Positions 24,946 to 38,717 of a DNA stretch of 64,000 nucleotides are shown piece by piece. The DNA is from Octopus sinensis (Eukaryota), in assembly GCF_006345805.1 (NCBI RefSeq), contig NC_043007.1, positions 17,918,001 through 17,982,000 on the forward strand, given 5' to 3'. The position numbers and the translations under genes are program-made. A model generated the notes under the pieces. It worked only from the letters and a program-made list of their open reading frames with translations, was not told where the DNA came from and did not search any database. Each line of letters begins with the position of its first letter. Position 1 is the stretch's first letter.

Positions 24946-27066
24946 ATAGGTATTTCATCTGCTGTTACGTTGAGTTCAAATTCCGCCGAAGTCGACTTTG
25001 CCTTTCATCCTTTCGGGGTCGACACAAATATATAATTCATAATTTCTTATATTTAGGCGGCGAGCTGGCAGGAACGTTAGCACGCCGGGCGAAATGCTTA
25101 GCGGTATTTCGTCTTCCGTTACGTTCTGAGGTCAAATTCCGCCGAGGTCGACTTTGCCTTTCATCCTTTCGGGGTTGATAAATTAAGTACCAGTTACGCA
25201 CTGGGGTCGATGTAATCGACTTAATACCTATGTCTGTCCTTGTTTGTCCCCTCTGTGTTTAGCCCCTTGTGGGTAATAAAGAAATAGGTATTTCGTCTTC
25301 CGTTACGTTCTGAGGTCAAATTCCGCCGAGGTCGACTTTGCCTTTCATCCTTTCGGGGTCGATAAATTAAGTACCAGTTACGCACTTGGATCGATATAAT
25401 CGACTTAATCCGTTTGTCTGTCCTTGTTTGTCCTCTCTGTGTTTAGCCCCTTGTGGGTAGTAAAGAAATAGGTATTCGTCTGCCGCTATGTTCTGAGTTC
25501 AAATTCCGCCGAGGTCGACTTTGCCTTTCATCCTTTCGAGGTCGATAAATAAGTACCAATTACGCACTTGGATCGATATAATCGACTTAATCCGTTTGTC
25601 TGTCCTGTTTGTCCTCTCTGTGTTTAGCCCCTTGTGGGTAGTAAAGAAATAGGTATTCGTCTGCCGCTATGTTCTGAGTTCAAATTCCGCCGAAGTCGAC
25701 TTTGCCTTCATCCTTTCGGGGTCGACACAAATATATAATCATAATTTCTTATATTTAGGCGGCGAGCTGGCAGGAACGTTAGCACGCCGGGCGAAATGCT
25801 TAGCGGTATTTCGTCTTCCTTTACGTTCTGAGGTCAAATTCCGCCGAGGTCGACTTTGCCTTTCATCCTTTCGGGGTTGATAAATTAAGTACCAGTTACG
25901 CACTGGGGTCGATATAATCGACTTTATACCTATGTCTGTCCTTGTTTGTCCCCTCTGTGTTTAGCCCCTTGTGGGTAATAAAGAAATAGGTATTTCGTCT
26001 TCCGTTACGTTCTGAGGTCAAATTCCGCCGAGGTCGACTTTGCCTTTCATCCTTTCGGGGTCGATAAATTAAGTACCAGTTACGCACTTGGATCGATATA
26101 ATCGACTTAATCCGTTTGTCTGTCCTTGTTTGTCCTCTCTGTGTTTAGCCCCTTGTGGGTAGTAAAGAAATAGGTATTTCGTCTGCCGCTATGTTCTGAG
26201 TTCAAATTCCGCCGAGGTCGACTTTGCCTTTCATCCTTTCGAGGTCGATAAATTAAGTACCAATTACGCACTTGGATCGATATAATCGACTTAATCCGTT
26301 TGTCTGTCCTTGTTTGTCCTCTCTGTGTTTAGCCCCTTGTGGGTAGTAAAGAAATAGGTATTTCGTCTGCCGCTATGTTCTGAGTTCAAATTCCGCCGAA
26401 GTCGACTTTGCCTTTCATCCTTTCGGGGTCGACACAAATATATAATTCATAATTTCTTATATTTAGGCGGCGAGCTGGCAGGAACGTTAGCACGCCGGGC
26501 GAAATGCTTAGCGGTATTTCGTCTTCCTTTACGTTCTGAGGTCAAATTCCGCCGAGGTCGACTTTGCCTTTCATCCTTTCGGGGTTGATAAATTAAGTAC
26601 CAGTTACGCACTGGGGTCGATGTAATCGACTTAATACCTATGTCTGTCCTTGTTTGTCCCCTCTGTGTTTAGCCCCTTGTGGGTAATAAAGAAATAGGTA
26701 TTTCGTCTTCCGTTACGTTCTGAGGTCAAATTCCGCCGAGGTCGACTTTGCCTTTCATCCTTTCGGGGTCGATAAATTAAGTACCAGTTACGCACTTGGA
26801 TCGATATAATCGACTTAATCCGTTTGTCTGTACATGTTTGTCCTCTCTGTGTTTAGCCCCTTGTGGGTAGTAAAGAAATAGGTATTTCGTCTGCCGCTAT
26901 GTTCTGAGTTCAAATTCCGCCGAGGTCGACTTTGCCTTTCATCCTTTCGAGGTCGATAAATTAAGTACCAATTACGCACTTGGATCGATATAATCGACTT
27001 AATCCGTTTGTCTGTCCTTGTTTGTGCTCTCTGTGTTTAGCTTCTTGTGGGTAGTAAAGAAATAGG
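24946..27066 (+). repeat. SINE-1-derived higher-order tandem array (~705 bp x 3)
   Basis: Spacer gacacaaatatataattcataatttcttatattt recurs at 25021, 25724 and 26431; each period = full SINE + two ~184-bp truncated units + partial unit, with diagnostic variants in the same order. Confidence 0.9.
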
Positions 27067-27133
27067 TACTCTGAAAGTCACATTTGACAAATCACATGTG
27101 TTGTAAATTTTTCTAGGTGTCTATTCATTTGCA

Positions 27134-27430
27134 GTGGAGGCACATGGCCTAGTGGTTAGAGCAACGGACTCGCGGTCGAGGGATCGCGGGTTCAAATCTC
27201 AGACCGGACGATGTGTGTGTTTATGAGCAAAACACCTAAGCTCCACGCGGCTCCGGCAGAAGGTAATGGTGAACTTCTGCTGACTCTTTCGCCACAACTT
27301 TCTGTCACTCTTTCATCCTGCATCTTGCAGCTCACCTGCGACGGACCGGCGTCCCGTCCAGGTGGGGAACCTATACGCCAAGAAAACCGGGAAACCGGCC
27401 CTACTAAGCCAGGCATGGCTCGAGAATGAC
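27134..27430 (+). mobile_element. tRNA-derived SINE family 4
   Basis: Head and body resemble family 3, tail resembles family 5; second copy at 52066-52357. Confidence 0.8.
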
Positions 27431-27514
27431 CAAAAAATTCATTTGCCATTTTCAGATCAGCCAGAAGCAAATCAATTCCATAAATGTTTCCCTAGTACAG
27501 TATAACAAGCAAGT

Positions 27515-27891
27515 GTGGAGGCGCAATGGCCCAGTGGTTAGGGCAGCGGTCGTAGGATCGCGGTTTCGATTCCCAGACCAGGCGTTGTGAGTGTTTATTG
27601 AGCGAAAACACCTAAAGCTCCACGAGGCTCCGGCAGGGGATGGTGGTGATCCCTGCTGTACTCTTTCACCACAACTTTCTCTCACTCTTACTTCCTGTGT
27701 CTGTTGCACCTGTATTTCAAAGGGCTGGCCTTGTCACTCTCTGTGTCACGCTGAATATCCCCGAGAACTACGTTAAGGGTACACGTGTCTGTGGAGTGCT
27801 CAGCCACTTACACGTTAATTTCACGAGCAGGCTGTTCCGTTGATTCGGATCCACCGGAACCCTCGTCGTCGTGACCGACGGAGTGCTTCCA
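27515..27891 (+). mobile_element. SINE family 3
   Basis: Full copy, TSD ataacaagcaa. Confidence 0.85.
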
Positions 27892-28069
27892 AAATAACAA
27901 GCAAACTCGTTAGTCAGGATATTATTTAAAAAGTTAAATACACTATTATATGCATCAAATAATTAAAAAAATATATATCGGATTGTGGAAGGAATGAAAA
28001 ATTCGTCATAAATAATATATCGGATTGTGGAAGGAATGAAAAATTCGTCATAAATAATATATATATATA

Positions 28070-28282
28070 TAGTTAATCCAAACATGAAAACACAAAGAGA
28101 AAACACAACAACGCAAGGACGTGGAACAAGTATGGTGTTATTAGACGCTCAGGAAAGGAAAGAAAGAAGGAGGGTTTCACGTTTCGAGCGGAGCTCTTCG
28201 TCAGAAGCATAGAAAAAGGAAAGCTCCAAGGAAGGGAAGACGGAGGGGAAAAATCGCCAACGATACACACGCGGTCACATAT
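28070..28282 (-). mobile_element. Penelope-type pLTR-like repeat with minimal hammerhead (non-canonical cleavage triplet)
   Basis: Minus strand CTGACGAA-gagc tcc gctc-GAAAC-GTG; homologous to 11195-11385. Confidence 0.55.
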
Positions 28283-28287
28283 TGAAT

Positions 28288-28333
<46 letters not shown>

Positions 28334-28350
28334 TATATATATATACATAC

Positions 28351-28505
<155 letters not shown>

Positions 28506-29514
28506 CATACATTCATACATACGTACATATATACGTATATGTGCATGCTTTATTCTAGGGAGGGTCATTATGCCAATAATAAACATACGCACTGGCTCTA
28601 TTTCACTTTTATTATTTTTAGTCATTATCAGCATTTCTTCTGGTTCTTTATGTTCTGAATCCAAGTTCCACCGAGGTCGACTTTACCTTTCATCTTTTCA
28701 AGGTTGATATCATACAATAAGTATTAGTCAAGCACTGGAGTCGATGTAATCGACTTACCCCCAACACCCAAAATTTCAGATCTTTGCGTCTATAGAAGAA
28801 AATGTTATTAGCGGTAATGAAATGCAGAGTTGGCAGAATTGTTAGCACGCTGGGCAAAACCTTTAACGGCATTTCGTCCGCTCTAGGTTCAAATTCCACC
28901 GAGGTCTACTTTGCATCTCATCCTTAACGGCATTTCGTCCGCTCTAGGTTCAAATTCCACCGAGGTCTACTTTGCATCTCATCCTTTCGGAGTTGAGGAC
29001 TAGGGTTAATGTAATCGACTTACACCGAAATTGCTGGCCTTGTGTCAAAATACGAAACCATTATTAGCGGTGACGTGCTAAAATCATTAGCACATCGGAA
29101 AAATTGCTTAGCTGTATTTCTTACTGATCTTTACATTCTGAGATGGAATTCCTTTCGTCTTATCAGGATCGATAAAAATAAGCACCAGCGAAATACTGGA
29201 GTCAATATAATCGACTTACTATTCTTCCATCAAAAGAGCTTGCCTTGTCAAAATTACAAAACATTATTATTAGTCGACCAGTCAACTAATCGGTCGCTTA
29301 AGCGTTCAGTTAACCAATCAAGTAGCTAGTTTCGTCAAAACTTTTTCGTTGCCATTGACGATTTTATCAATGACATCCTCTTCCTACCCAGGCCCATCGT
29401 TTATCCCCCCACGTTAGACTTGTGGTCAAAACTATTTTGACGATGGCCATCCATCCAATTTTTTGTTTGGCATTGTATACCACAGCTTACATTATCTGGT
29501 ATATTACTCTTTTA

Positions 29515-29742
29515 CTCTTTTACTTGTTTCAGTCACTTGACTGCGGCCATGCTGGAGCACCGCCTTTAGTCGAGCAACTCGACCCTGGGACTTATTCTTT
29601 ATAAGCCCAGTACTTATTCTATCGGTCTCTTTTGCCGACCCGCTAAGTTACGGGGACGTAAACACACCAGCATCGGTTGTCAAGCTATGTTGGGGGGATA
29701 AACACAGACATACAAACATACACGCACGCACACACACACACA

Positions 29743-29773
<31 letters not shown>

Positions 29774-29789
29774 CCACACACATATATAT

Positions 29790-29845
<56 letters not shown>

Positions 29846-30668
29846 CGCTTTGGTCGGCCTGAGGCTATAGTTGAAGACACTTGCCCAAGGTGCCACGCAG
29901 TGGGACTGAACCCGGAACCATGTGGTTGGTAAACAAGCTACTTACCACGCAGCCACTCCTTTTTTTTTTTTTTTTTTGATGATAGGTGTGATCTGATGCA
30001 TGGATATTTGGCTGCTGTTTCCAGCATGTAGAGCGACTACGCAGAGAGAAATCTTTGACTGCTCAGTAAAAACAGAAGGTGGGTTGACAAATGGAACCAA
30101 TGCATGTAGTTGACTGTGACTCTGAATGGAACAGGACATGGTTGTCCTTCAAGATCAAAATAATCGTGAGAATTTTCAATCCTTTTTTTAGAGGCTGCCG
30201 AACTGGTTTTAGCGGATAGGTGGAAGCTATAATGTTGAAAGAATATTATACTCTTTACTCTTTACTCTTTTGCTCTTTTACTTGTTTCAGTCAATTGACT
30301 GCGGCCATGCTGGAGCACCGCCTTTAGTCGAGCGACTCGACCCCAGGACTTATTCTTTGTAAGCCTAGTACTTATTCCATCGGTCTCTTTTGCCGAACCA
30401 CTAAGTAATGAGGATGTAAACATACCACATCGGTTGTCAAGCAATGCTAGGGGGACAAACACAGACACACACACACGCATATATATCTATATATATACAT
30501 ATATACGACAGGCTTCTTTCAGTTTCCGTCTACCAAATCCACTCACAAGTCTTTGGTCAGCCCGAGACTATAGTAGAAGACACTTGCCCAAGGTGCCCGC
30601 AGTGGGACTGAACCCGGAACCATGTGGCTAGTAAACAAGCTACTTACCACACAGCCACTCCTGTGCCT
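29515..30668 (-). mobile_element. Two SINE family 2 copies (29515-29960, 30268-30668) separated by a poly(T)-headed ~300-bp segment
   Basis: Both match the family-2 consensus seen in this window. Confidence 0.8.
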
Positions 30669-31147
30669 ATGCAGACATTCCAAGTATTTTTTTTTTTTTC
30701 ATGTCTCCTTGAAAGATCAGAAATCTTGTTCCAGAATTATTGCAATGGTAAGTAGCTATTCTATAAGTAAGTAAGTACCGTCTCGAGTTTTAGGACTCAT
30801 AGGGGCGGTTACCAAGTTTTCAGGGCATATACGTGTTACTTATTTACGGCTAAGTGGACTGGAGCAACGTGAAATGAAGTGTTTTGGTCAAGAACAGAAC
30901 ACACCACCAGTCTGGGAATCGAAACCCCTATCTCGCGATCGTTAGTGTAACACTCTAACCACTTGGCCACGCACCTGCACTAGTTATTCTATGGCTGATA
31001 GTTATTCTACATTTATTCTAGATTTAGTGGGAGACGAAGAAACTGGTTCTAATTTATCGTGATTATAATATACAGAAGTTTAGGTTGTTTTTGTGGACGT
31101 TCCTGCTGGTTTTGTAGCTATTGTAGTTGTTTTTATTGCCAGCTCAT

Positions 31148-31574
31148 GGATCTTTTCGGTTTGAACAGCAGTTTTTAACATAATTTCTAGGTAACTAAAA
31201 AATTTTTAACTTCGTATACTGGTAGAATGTGTTTATAAAACATCTTTTTCTCTTGGCTTTATTGAGAAAATTCTATAGTTTGTAACATATTTGTTGCTTT
31301 TTTTCTTCAATTTCTGCAATTTCAACCAATCACTGACGTCTATTGAGGTAAAAAAACATTCTGTACCGGATGAATATGTCCCTCGTTTAAGAAACAGATT
31401 GGGTTTATTTACATTTGTGAAGAAAAAAGATACCCCCCCCCCTAACCCTAACCCTAACTAATCCTAACCTTAAAACAGATTGAAATGCAATAGATCGATA
31501 CTAGGGTCATAATCATGGGTGATAATTTCATATGACACCGCTAGAAAAAACTGCCGTTCAAACCGAAAAGATCC
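31148..31574. mobile_element. MITE with GGATC...GATCC TIRs, 8-bp TSD, internal (CCCTAA)-like tract
   Basis: TIR ggatcttttcggtttgaac.gcagtttt; TSD cagctcat at 31140-31147 and 31575-31582. Confidence 0.9.
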
Positions 31575-31673
31575 CAGCTCATGATATTTCATTTATGACC
31601 ATCCTTGCTTTTGCGTAGCAGGGACTACATTATGCAATACTTTAGAGGTTATCCTTTACTTGTTTCAGATGGG

Positions 31674-32435
31674 GGATCTTTTCCTTTTGAACGGCAGTTT
31701 TCAACACAATTTCTAGTTAACTAAACACTTTTAAACTTCGTATACTGGTAGAATGTGTCAAAATAAAACATTTTTTTCTCTTGAGAAAATTGTAATTTGT
31801 AAGTTTAACGTAGTTTAATTTTTCGAATTTTAACCAATCGATGGCCTCTATTGAGCTAAAATCATTTGCTGTGTCTAAAACTGAGACAACATCCTGCCAC
31901 TGACCTTAACCCTACACTAACCCTAATCCTAACCCAACCCTAACACTAACCCTAACCCTAAATTTTAGCCTTTCGTTTTTTTTTTTTAATTGTTAAATTG
32001 ATTTAATTGTTACGTGTGTGTCAAAAATTATTCATTTTGTTTTTGTTTTGAGATACACGTGTATTGTTTAAACTATTTTCCATTGCTTAACAAAAAAAAA
32101 CGAAAGGCTAAAACGAAAGCAATGGAAAATAATTTAATAATTTAAACAATTAACAAACAAAATAATTCTATAATTTTATACACACGCTTTCCGAACGTAA
32201 ACATAACAGTGACAGGATGTTGTCTCAGTTTTAGACGCAGCAAATGATTTTAGCTAAATAGAGACCATCGATTGGTTAAAATTCGAAAAATTAAACTACG
32301 TTAAACTTACAAATTACAATTTTCTCAAGAGAAAAGAATGTTTTATTTTGACACATTCTACCAGTATACGAAGTTTAAAAGTGTTTAGTAAACTAGAAAT
32401 TGTGTTGAAAACTGCCGTTCAAAAGGAAAAGATCC
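31674..32435. mobile_element. Foldback version of the same MITE family (~220-bp inverted arms)
   Basis: TSD cagatggg at 31666-31673 and 32436-32443; long inverted arms; CCCTAA-like tract at ~31905-31960. Confidence 0.9.
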
Positions 32436-33034
32436 CAGATGGGTCACCGCCTTGAAGGGTTTAGTTAAACAAATCGACTCCAGGACTTGTGTTTTTTAAA
32501 GTATGGTGGGGCAAATACAAACACATACAGTTCTTTATACAACCTATTATGATCTTAATCAAGTAGACTTATGATGAAGGATATTCAAGTAAGGCTCGAC
32601 AATCCCATCTTTTATTCAGCTATATTGTATCCACAAATACTCTATTCAATGTGCCTTATTTTTTTAAAGATAGGATGTGATCCAAGGGAGAGTCGTTTAT
32701 GATTTCTAGCTTTACGAGTAGCAATGTAGAAGTTCTTTCGTTAGTTCGTAATTTTCTTTTTCATATTTAGTTGTATATAGTAGCACGTAATGTTCTTTAG
32801 CACCAGGTTCGCCCGGAATGATAAAAATAAATATAATTATATAAAATTCAAACTCTCTTCCTTCTGTGTGTCCCTTATTTTAATAACTTTACTACGTAAT
32901 ATCACGATAAAATGTTTCGACCAGTATAATCTTGGATATGAGGCTGGGGCCATGGAAAAGAGATTCAAGCAAATTTGACTCACGGAAACCTCAAAACAGA
33001 AGTATAGAAGAATTGTTTTTCATTGTTATAGCTA

Positions 33035-33418
33035 TCTCTCTATATATAAACGGCAGTTTGTCTGTCTGTGTGTATGTGTGTCTGTCAGGTTGTACCCTCA
33101 CCCTGACCATGGCTTTCAACCGATTCTGATGAAACTTGACACACACATAGCCCAATGTCATAATTCAAAACTAACGCAGCGAAAATTTTGAAAAGTTCCC
33201 CTATTTCTGAAAAAAATCGATAAATTCGACATGGGGTCGAGAATTAGAAACACAAACCACAGACTGTCTAGGGGACGCAACTCGACCTTTTTAACTCTCA
33301 AAAAAAAGTTTACCAAAATTTTTTTTCCATTTTTTTCTATTTTTTGGCTATAACTCTCTAAAAATGCTTTATAGTTATTTCCCTTACAAACCCGAGCAAC
33401 GCCGGGCGATACTGCTAG
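33035..33418 (+). mobile_element. Non-autonomous Helitron-type element (same subfamily as 9088)
   Basis: A|TC start, hairpin + CTAG|T end; body nearly collinear with 9088-9471. Confidence 0.85.
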
Positions 33419-33773
33419 TACTATACAAAACTTTGGGACATTTTCTGAACGGCAAAGAAAACGAAAAGGACGCGCTAGGAGCAAGATCGCAAAGGTCGAT
33501 GTGAAATAGATTCAGTTTGAAGGGGAAGTGTAAAGATAGAAAAGTAAGTAACAATGCAATTGAAAAGTATTGATAGTGGGATGGTAAAATGATTATAGAC
33601 AAGCGGACGAGTGGATATTTCACGGAATTAATAGTAAACTTATTGGGTTATTCCTAAAGAATTTAGCCTGTGTTGTGTCTGTATCAAAAGATAGTCGCTC
33701 ATCTGCTATTCATTGAAAAGTGAAGGAAATTGAAATACCGTGATTACTTAATGCACTTTATATATATACTTTA

Positions 33774-34171
33774 CTAGCAGTATCGCCCGGCGTTGCTCGG
33801 GTTTGTAAGGGAAATAACTATATAAGCATTTTTAGAGATGTAAAGTATAATAGCCATCTTAATATGGCTAACTACAAAGGGGGGGGTGTTACTGTAGCTT
33901 TTTACGTTCTGAGATTTAATAATACATTTTTAGAGAGTTACTTCCCTTATATATGCCAAAAATGGATTAAAAATGGGAAAAATTTATGGTAAATTTTTTT
34001 TTGAATCGTAGACTCATCGTAGACGCGCGCTAATACCCAGAAGGGCTCGATATGAATCACGACTATAAGATACCCGGTTTTGGTTAAACTGCACCGCAAA
34101 ATATGGGAGTAGTTAGGAATCTAAATCGTAGGAGACAGACACTCACACAACTTCACTTTTATATATAAAGA
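33774..34171 (-). mobile_element. Non-autonomous Helitron-type element (subfamily shared with 38138)
   Basis: Same 3' terminus as 33035, different 5' body. Confidence 0.85.
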
Positions 34172-34479
34172 TATACTTTATGCACAATTTTGTAGACTTA
34201 ACACACAGCACTCATAAAATAAATATTCACTCTTATTTTCCCATTTCTCCCCTTAAACAGAACAAATTGCATTTTCAAATTTACATGGACAGAATTTTAT
34301 ATCTAGAAAACAAAAATTTTATAACAAAAAAATTATCTTATATGTAAAATATAGGGGTCACATTTTCACGGGGGTAAACATTTAATGCAACGTGGCATAC
34401 TCTGAAAACCACATCGTTGGTAACTTATAAGGCAAGGCGATGTTTGAGAGCGAATACACATTTCAATTTGCGTACACCT

Positions 34480-34745
34480 TTCAGCCCAATACTTCTTTAC
34501 ATACTATGTTCTTCGTGTAAATTCTCCCTCTTCTTTTCCATTGTTTGTCAGTGTTGATAACTTTAACTCTCACATCAGATAATTTGTGAGCTCTTGCGAA
34601 TGCAACATATAGCTGACCAGGTTCAGGCACGAGCAGCCTCGCTTTATCAAATGTCTGCCGTTGTGATTTATTGATAGTCATTGCATATGACTACCAAACG
34701 GAAAACTGGGTTTTTTTCTAGTGAACGGCAAGTTTGGGATGCGCA
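34480..34745 (-). pseudogene. Helitron Rep/Hel (Pif1-type helicase) C-terminal fragment
   Basis: RIP..LPF..YAMTINKSQ..GQLYVAFAR..YTKNIVCKEVL matches helicase motifs V-VI and the typical Helitron helicase C-terminus; contains stop and deletions. Confidence 0.85.
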
Positions 34746-34819
34746 TGCGTTAAGTGATAGGTAATATAAAAACATAGTTCAATTTTTTAAAAAATACTTT
34801 TCGCTATACGTTCACCATC

Positions 34820-36050
34820 ATCACATTTCCTTATACCTCGACCGCATCCTGTCCCCCTTAGTCAAAGCCCTCCCTTCCCACATACATGATACCAACCACG
34901 CCCTCCGTCTCTTCAATTCCTTTTCCTTCCCTTCCAGCCCCTCACACCTCCTCTTCACCCTTGACATCAAATCCCTGTATACGGTAATTCCACAACGACG
35001 GTCTCCTAGCTATCCAACACTTCCTAGACCGTCGTCCCGACCCCACCCCTAGCATTCCCACCCTTCTCCGCCTGGCAGAGCTCGTCCTAACCCTCAACTG
35101 TTTCACGTTCGCCGGGGAAACGTACCAATAGATGTCTGGGGTCGCGATGGGAACGAGAATGGGCCCCAATTTCGCCAATCTCTTTGTTGGCTACATTGAG
35201 GCCCAAATATTCTCCCAATTCTCCGGGCCGACCCCAGAACTATACGGTCGTTACACAGACGACTGTATAGGCGCCACCTCCCTTTCCCGCGAACAACTCT
35301 GCCACTTCATCTCTTTCCTCTCTAACTTAACCCCTCTCTACAATTCACTTCCACCATATCCAATACTTCCGTTAACTTCCTTGATATCTCACTCAGCATC
35401 GACCACCCTTCCCACTCTCTCACCACCTCCGCCTTCTTCAAACCCACGGATTTCCACCCCTATCTCAACTTCTCCTCCTCCCATCCCTTCCACACCAAAC
35501 GGGCCATCCCCTACTCCCAGTTCCTCCGCCTCCGACGCTTGTGCAGCCAGGATTTCGAGACTCAGTCTCAATACCTGGCCCGCCTGTTCAGGCTTCGAGG
35601 ATACCCACCAACCCTGGTCTTGAACGCCCTCGCCCGCGCTCGTCGCATCGACCGCACCACAGCCCTTTCTCCTTCCACTCACCCACCCCCCAACCGCACA
35701 CCCTTTCCCCTCCTTTTCCACCCCTCTACTCTACCCCTTCGTCGGAAGATACTTCGTGCCTTCCGTCGTCTCCAGCTCGATTCCACGACCCACCCCATTT
35801 TCCCCAACCCACCCCTGTCCTCCTTCAAACGAGCCCGGAATCTACGCGACCTCCTGGGATGTTCGTCTACGGTCCAATTCTCCCGTCGCACGTCACTTCC
35901 GCTCGGGCAGCCATTCCCCCAATGACATCTCGGTGTTTGGTCTTGCCCCACACAACGGCTCTCCACAATCTAGGCTTCACTTGGAGCAACGGCTCATATT
36001 CCTTCTACAGACTCTAACCCCACACGGACTCAACACAGCCCCCTCCTCTT
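34820..36050 (+). mobile_element. Penelope-like element relic (RT + C-terminal part of GIY-YIG endonuclease)
   Basis: LFTLDIKSLYTVIP, GVAMGTRMGPNFANLF, YGRYTDDCIG, SSSHPFHTKRAIPYSQFLRLRRLCS, RGYP, SFKRARNLRDLL, PVARHF..EQRLIFLLQTLTPHGLN; frameshifted; the GIY-YIG N-terminal half appears deleted. Confidence 0.9.
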
Positions 36051-36139
36051 AGTGACTGCGCTCCACTTCTCCCTACTAGCATCTTTTATTTTTTATTTAT
36101 TATTTTTTATTTTTTATTTTATTTTTTATTTTTTATTTT

Positions 36140-37925
36140 TTATAATTGTCCTTAGGCAGTCACACACACACACATACTCACGTACCCACGAACACACCTA
36201 CCTCCAACACACCACACACACACAACGTACATGCACATGTACGCACACATACTTCCACACCTATACACACACCCACACACCCCCACGCGCACACACACAT
36301 ATGCACGTGCACACACACCAGGGACAATACTCACACAGATACGCACACTCCTATAAACACCTAGCTGAGACGCACAGATACACGCACGTAAGCGCACACA
36401 CGCACACAGGCACTCGCATGTATCTTACGCCCACACAACTCCAAACCCCCCCACACGCATACATTCACACACACACATACATACATACACACACATAATA
36501 TATACATAGATACATTCATACATACATACATACATACATACACACACGCATACATACATACATACATTCATACATACATACACACACACATACATACATA
36601 CATACATACATACATACATACACACATACATACACACGCATACATACATACATACACACATACATACATACACACACATACATACACACACACATACACA
36701 CATACATACACACACACATACACACACACATACACACATGCATACATACATACACACATACTTACATACACAGACGCATACATATACATACATACACATA
36801 CACACATACATACATACACGCATACATACACACATACATACATAGACATATATACATACACACACACATACATATACATACAGACACACACATGCACACA
36901 TACACGCATGCACACATACATACATACACATACATACACACACACATACACACACATAATACTATACACACATACACACACATACACACATACATACATA
37001 CATACACACACGCATACATATACATACATACATACACATGCACACACACACTTACACACATACACCCGTACATACATACACACACACTTACATACACACA
37101 CATACATACTTACACACATACACACATACATCCATACACACACGCATACATATACATACATACACATACACACACACATACACACATACATACATACACA
37201 TACATACATACACACGTACACACACACATACATAGATACATAGATACATACATATACAAACATACATATACATACATACACACACACATACACACACACA
37301 TACACACACACGCACGCACACATACATACATACACACACATACATACACACACATACATACATACACACACACACACTTACACACATACACACATACATA
37401 CACACACACACACATACATACATACATACATATATACATACATACACACACATACACACACATACACAGACACATACACACACATACATACATACATAAG
37501 CACATACATACACACACCTATACACACATACACACACACACATACACACATATATATATACATACATACACACACATACACACATACACGCATGCACACA
37601 TACATACATACATACACACACACATACATACACTACATACATAGATACATACATACATACACACACATACATATACATATATACGTACACATACGCACAT
37701 ACACACATACACGCATGCATAAATACATACATACACACATACATACATACATACACACACACACTTAAACACATACACACACACATACATACATACGTAC
37801 GTACATACATACATACACACATACATACACACACATACATACATACATACATACATACATACATACATACATACATACATACACACATACACACACACAT
37901 ACACACATACATACATACACACACG

Positions 37926-37964
<39 letters not shown>

Positions 37965-37985
37965 ATATATGTATATAACTATATA
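36140..37985. repeat. Giant compound (CA)n/(CATA)n microsatellite ending in a CA/TG foldback
   Basis: ~1.8 kb of mixed CA, TA and CATA units; strand switch at cacacgtgtgtg ~37924. Confidence 0.95.
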
Positions 37986-38004
37986 AACTGTGGTTTATAT
38001 ATAT

Positions 38005-38717
38005 TTATTTATTATGATGAGATGAGAAAATAGAGAGGTAATTAATAAATTATTATTTATTTATTTTAAAAATTGACAAACTTCCCTTACAGCTGTTTCA
38101 GTTCCAGACTTTCAGAAACTTAATTGAATACATTGAACTCGCAGTATCGCCCGGCGTTGCTCGGGTTTGTAAGGGAAATAACTATATAAGCATTTTTAGA
38201 GAGTTATAGCCAAAACATAGCAAAAAAATGCATCAAAAATGGAAAAAAAATCGTTGACTCATCGTAGACATTTTTAGAGAGTTACTTCCCTTATATAATA
38301 GCGAAAAAATGCATCAAAATGGAAAAAAATTATGGTAAATTTTTTTTTTAAATCGTATACTCATCGTAGACGCGCGCTAATACCCAGAAGGGCTCGATAT
38401 GAATCATGACTATAAGATACCCGGTTTTGGTTAAACTGCACCGCAAAATGTGGGAGTAGTTAGGAATCTAAATCGTAGGAGACAGACAGCACACAACCTC
38501 TCTTTTATATATAAAGATTTGAAAGTCGAATCGCTTCAAAGGTAGTTCAAAATACACAAATAGGTGTTCAATTCCTGCATGTTGAGTAAACGGCTGCAAA
38601 TCGTAACCTTAACCTCTGAAGATATTCGCAGCTGTAAGGGATTTTTGTCAATATTTTAATTAATAAATAATAATTTATTAATTACCTCTCTATTTTCTCA
38701 TCTTATCATAAATATAA
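38005..38717. repeat. ~90-bp inverted repeat pair (38005-38093 / 38629-38717) enclosing a Helitron-type element (38138-38517, -)
   Basis: atgagaaaatagagaggtaattaataaattattattta..cccttacagctg and its reverse complement; inner element has CTAG mutated to CTCG. Confidence 0.75.

Noticed and set aside
24946-27066. CRISPR-like or tRNA gene array
   Set aside because: Units are 180-230-bp SINE copies without unique spacers, the context is eukaryotic with no cas genes, and the heads have A/B-box-like motifs but no complete cloverleaf.
36140-37985. Many long H/T/Y or V/C/M-rich ORFs (also 28073-28664, 45380-46831, 47284-47778, 50011-50430)
   Set aside because: Stop-free translations of di/tetranucleotide microsatellites.
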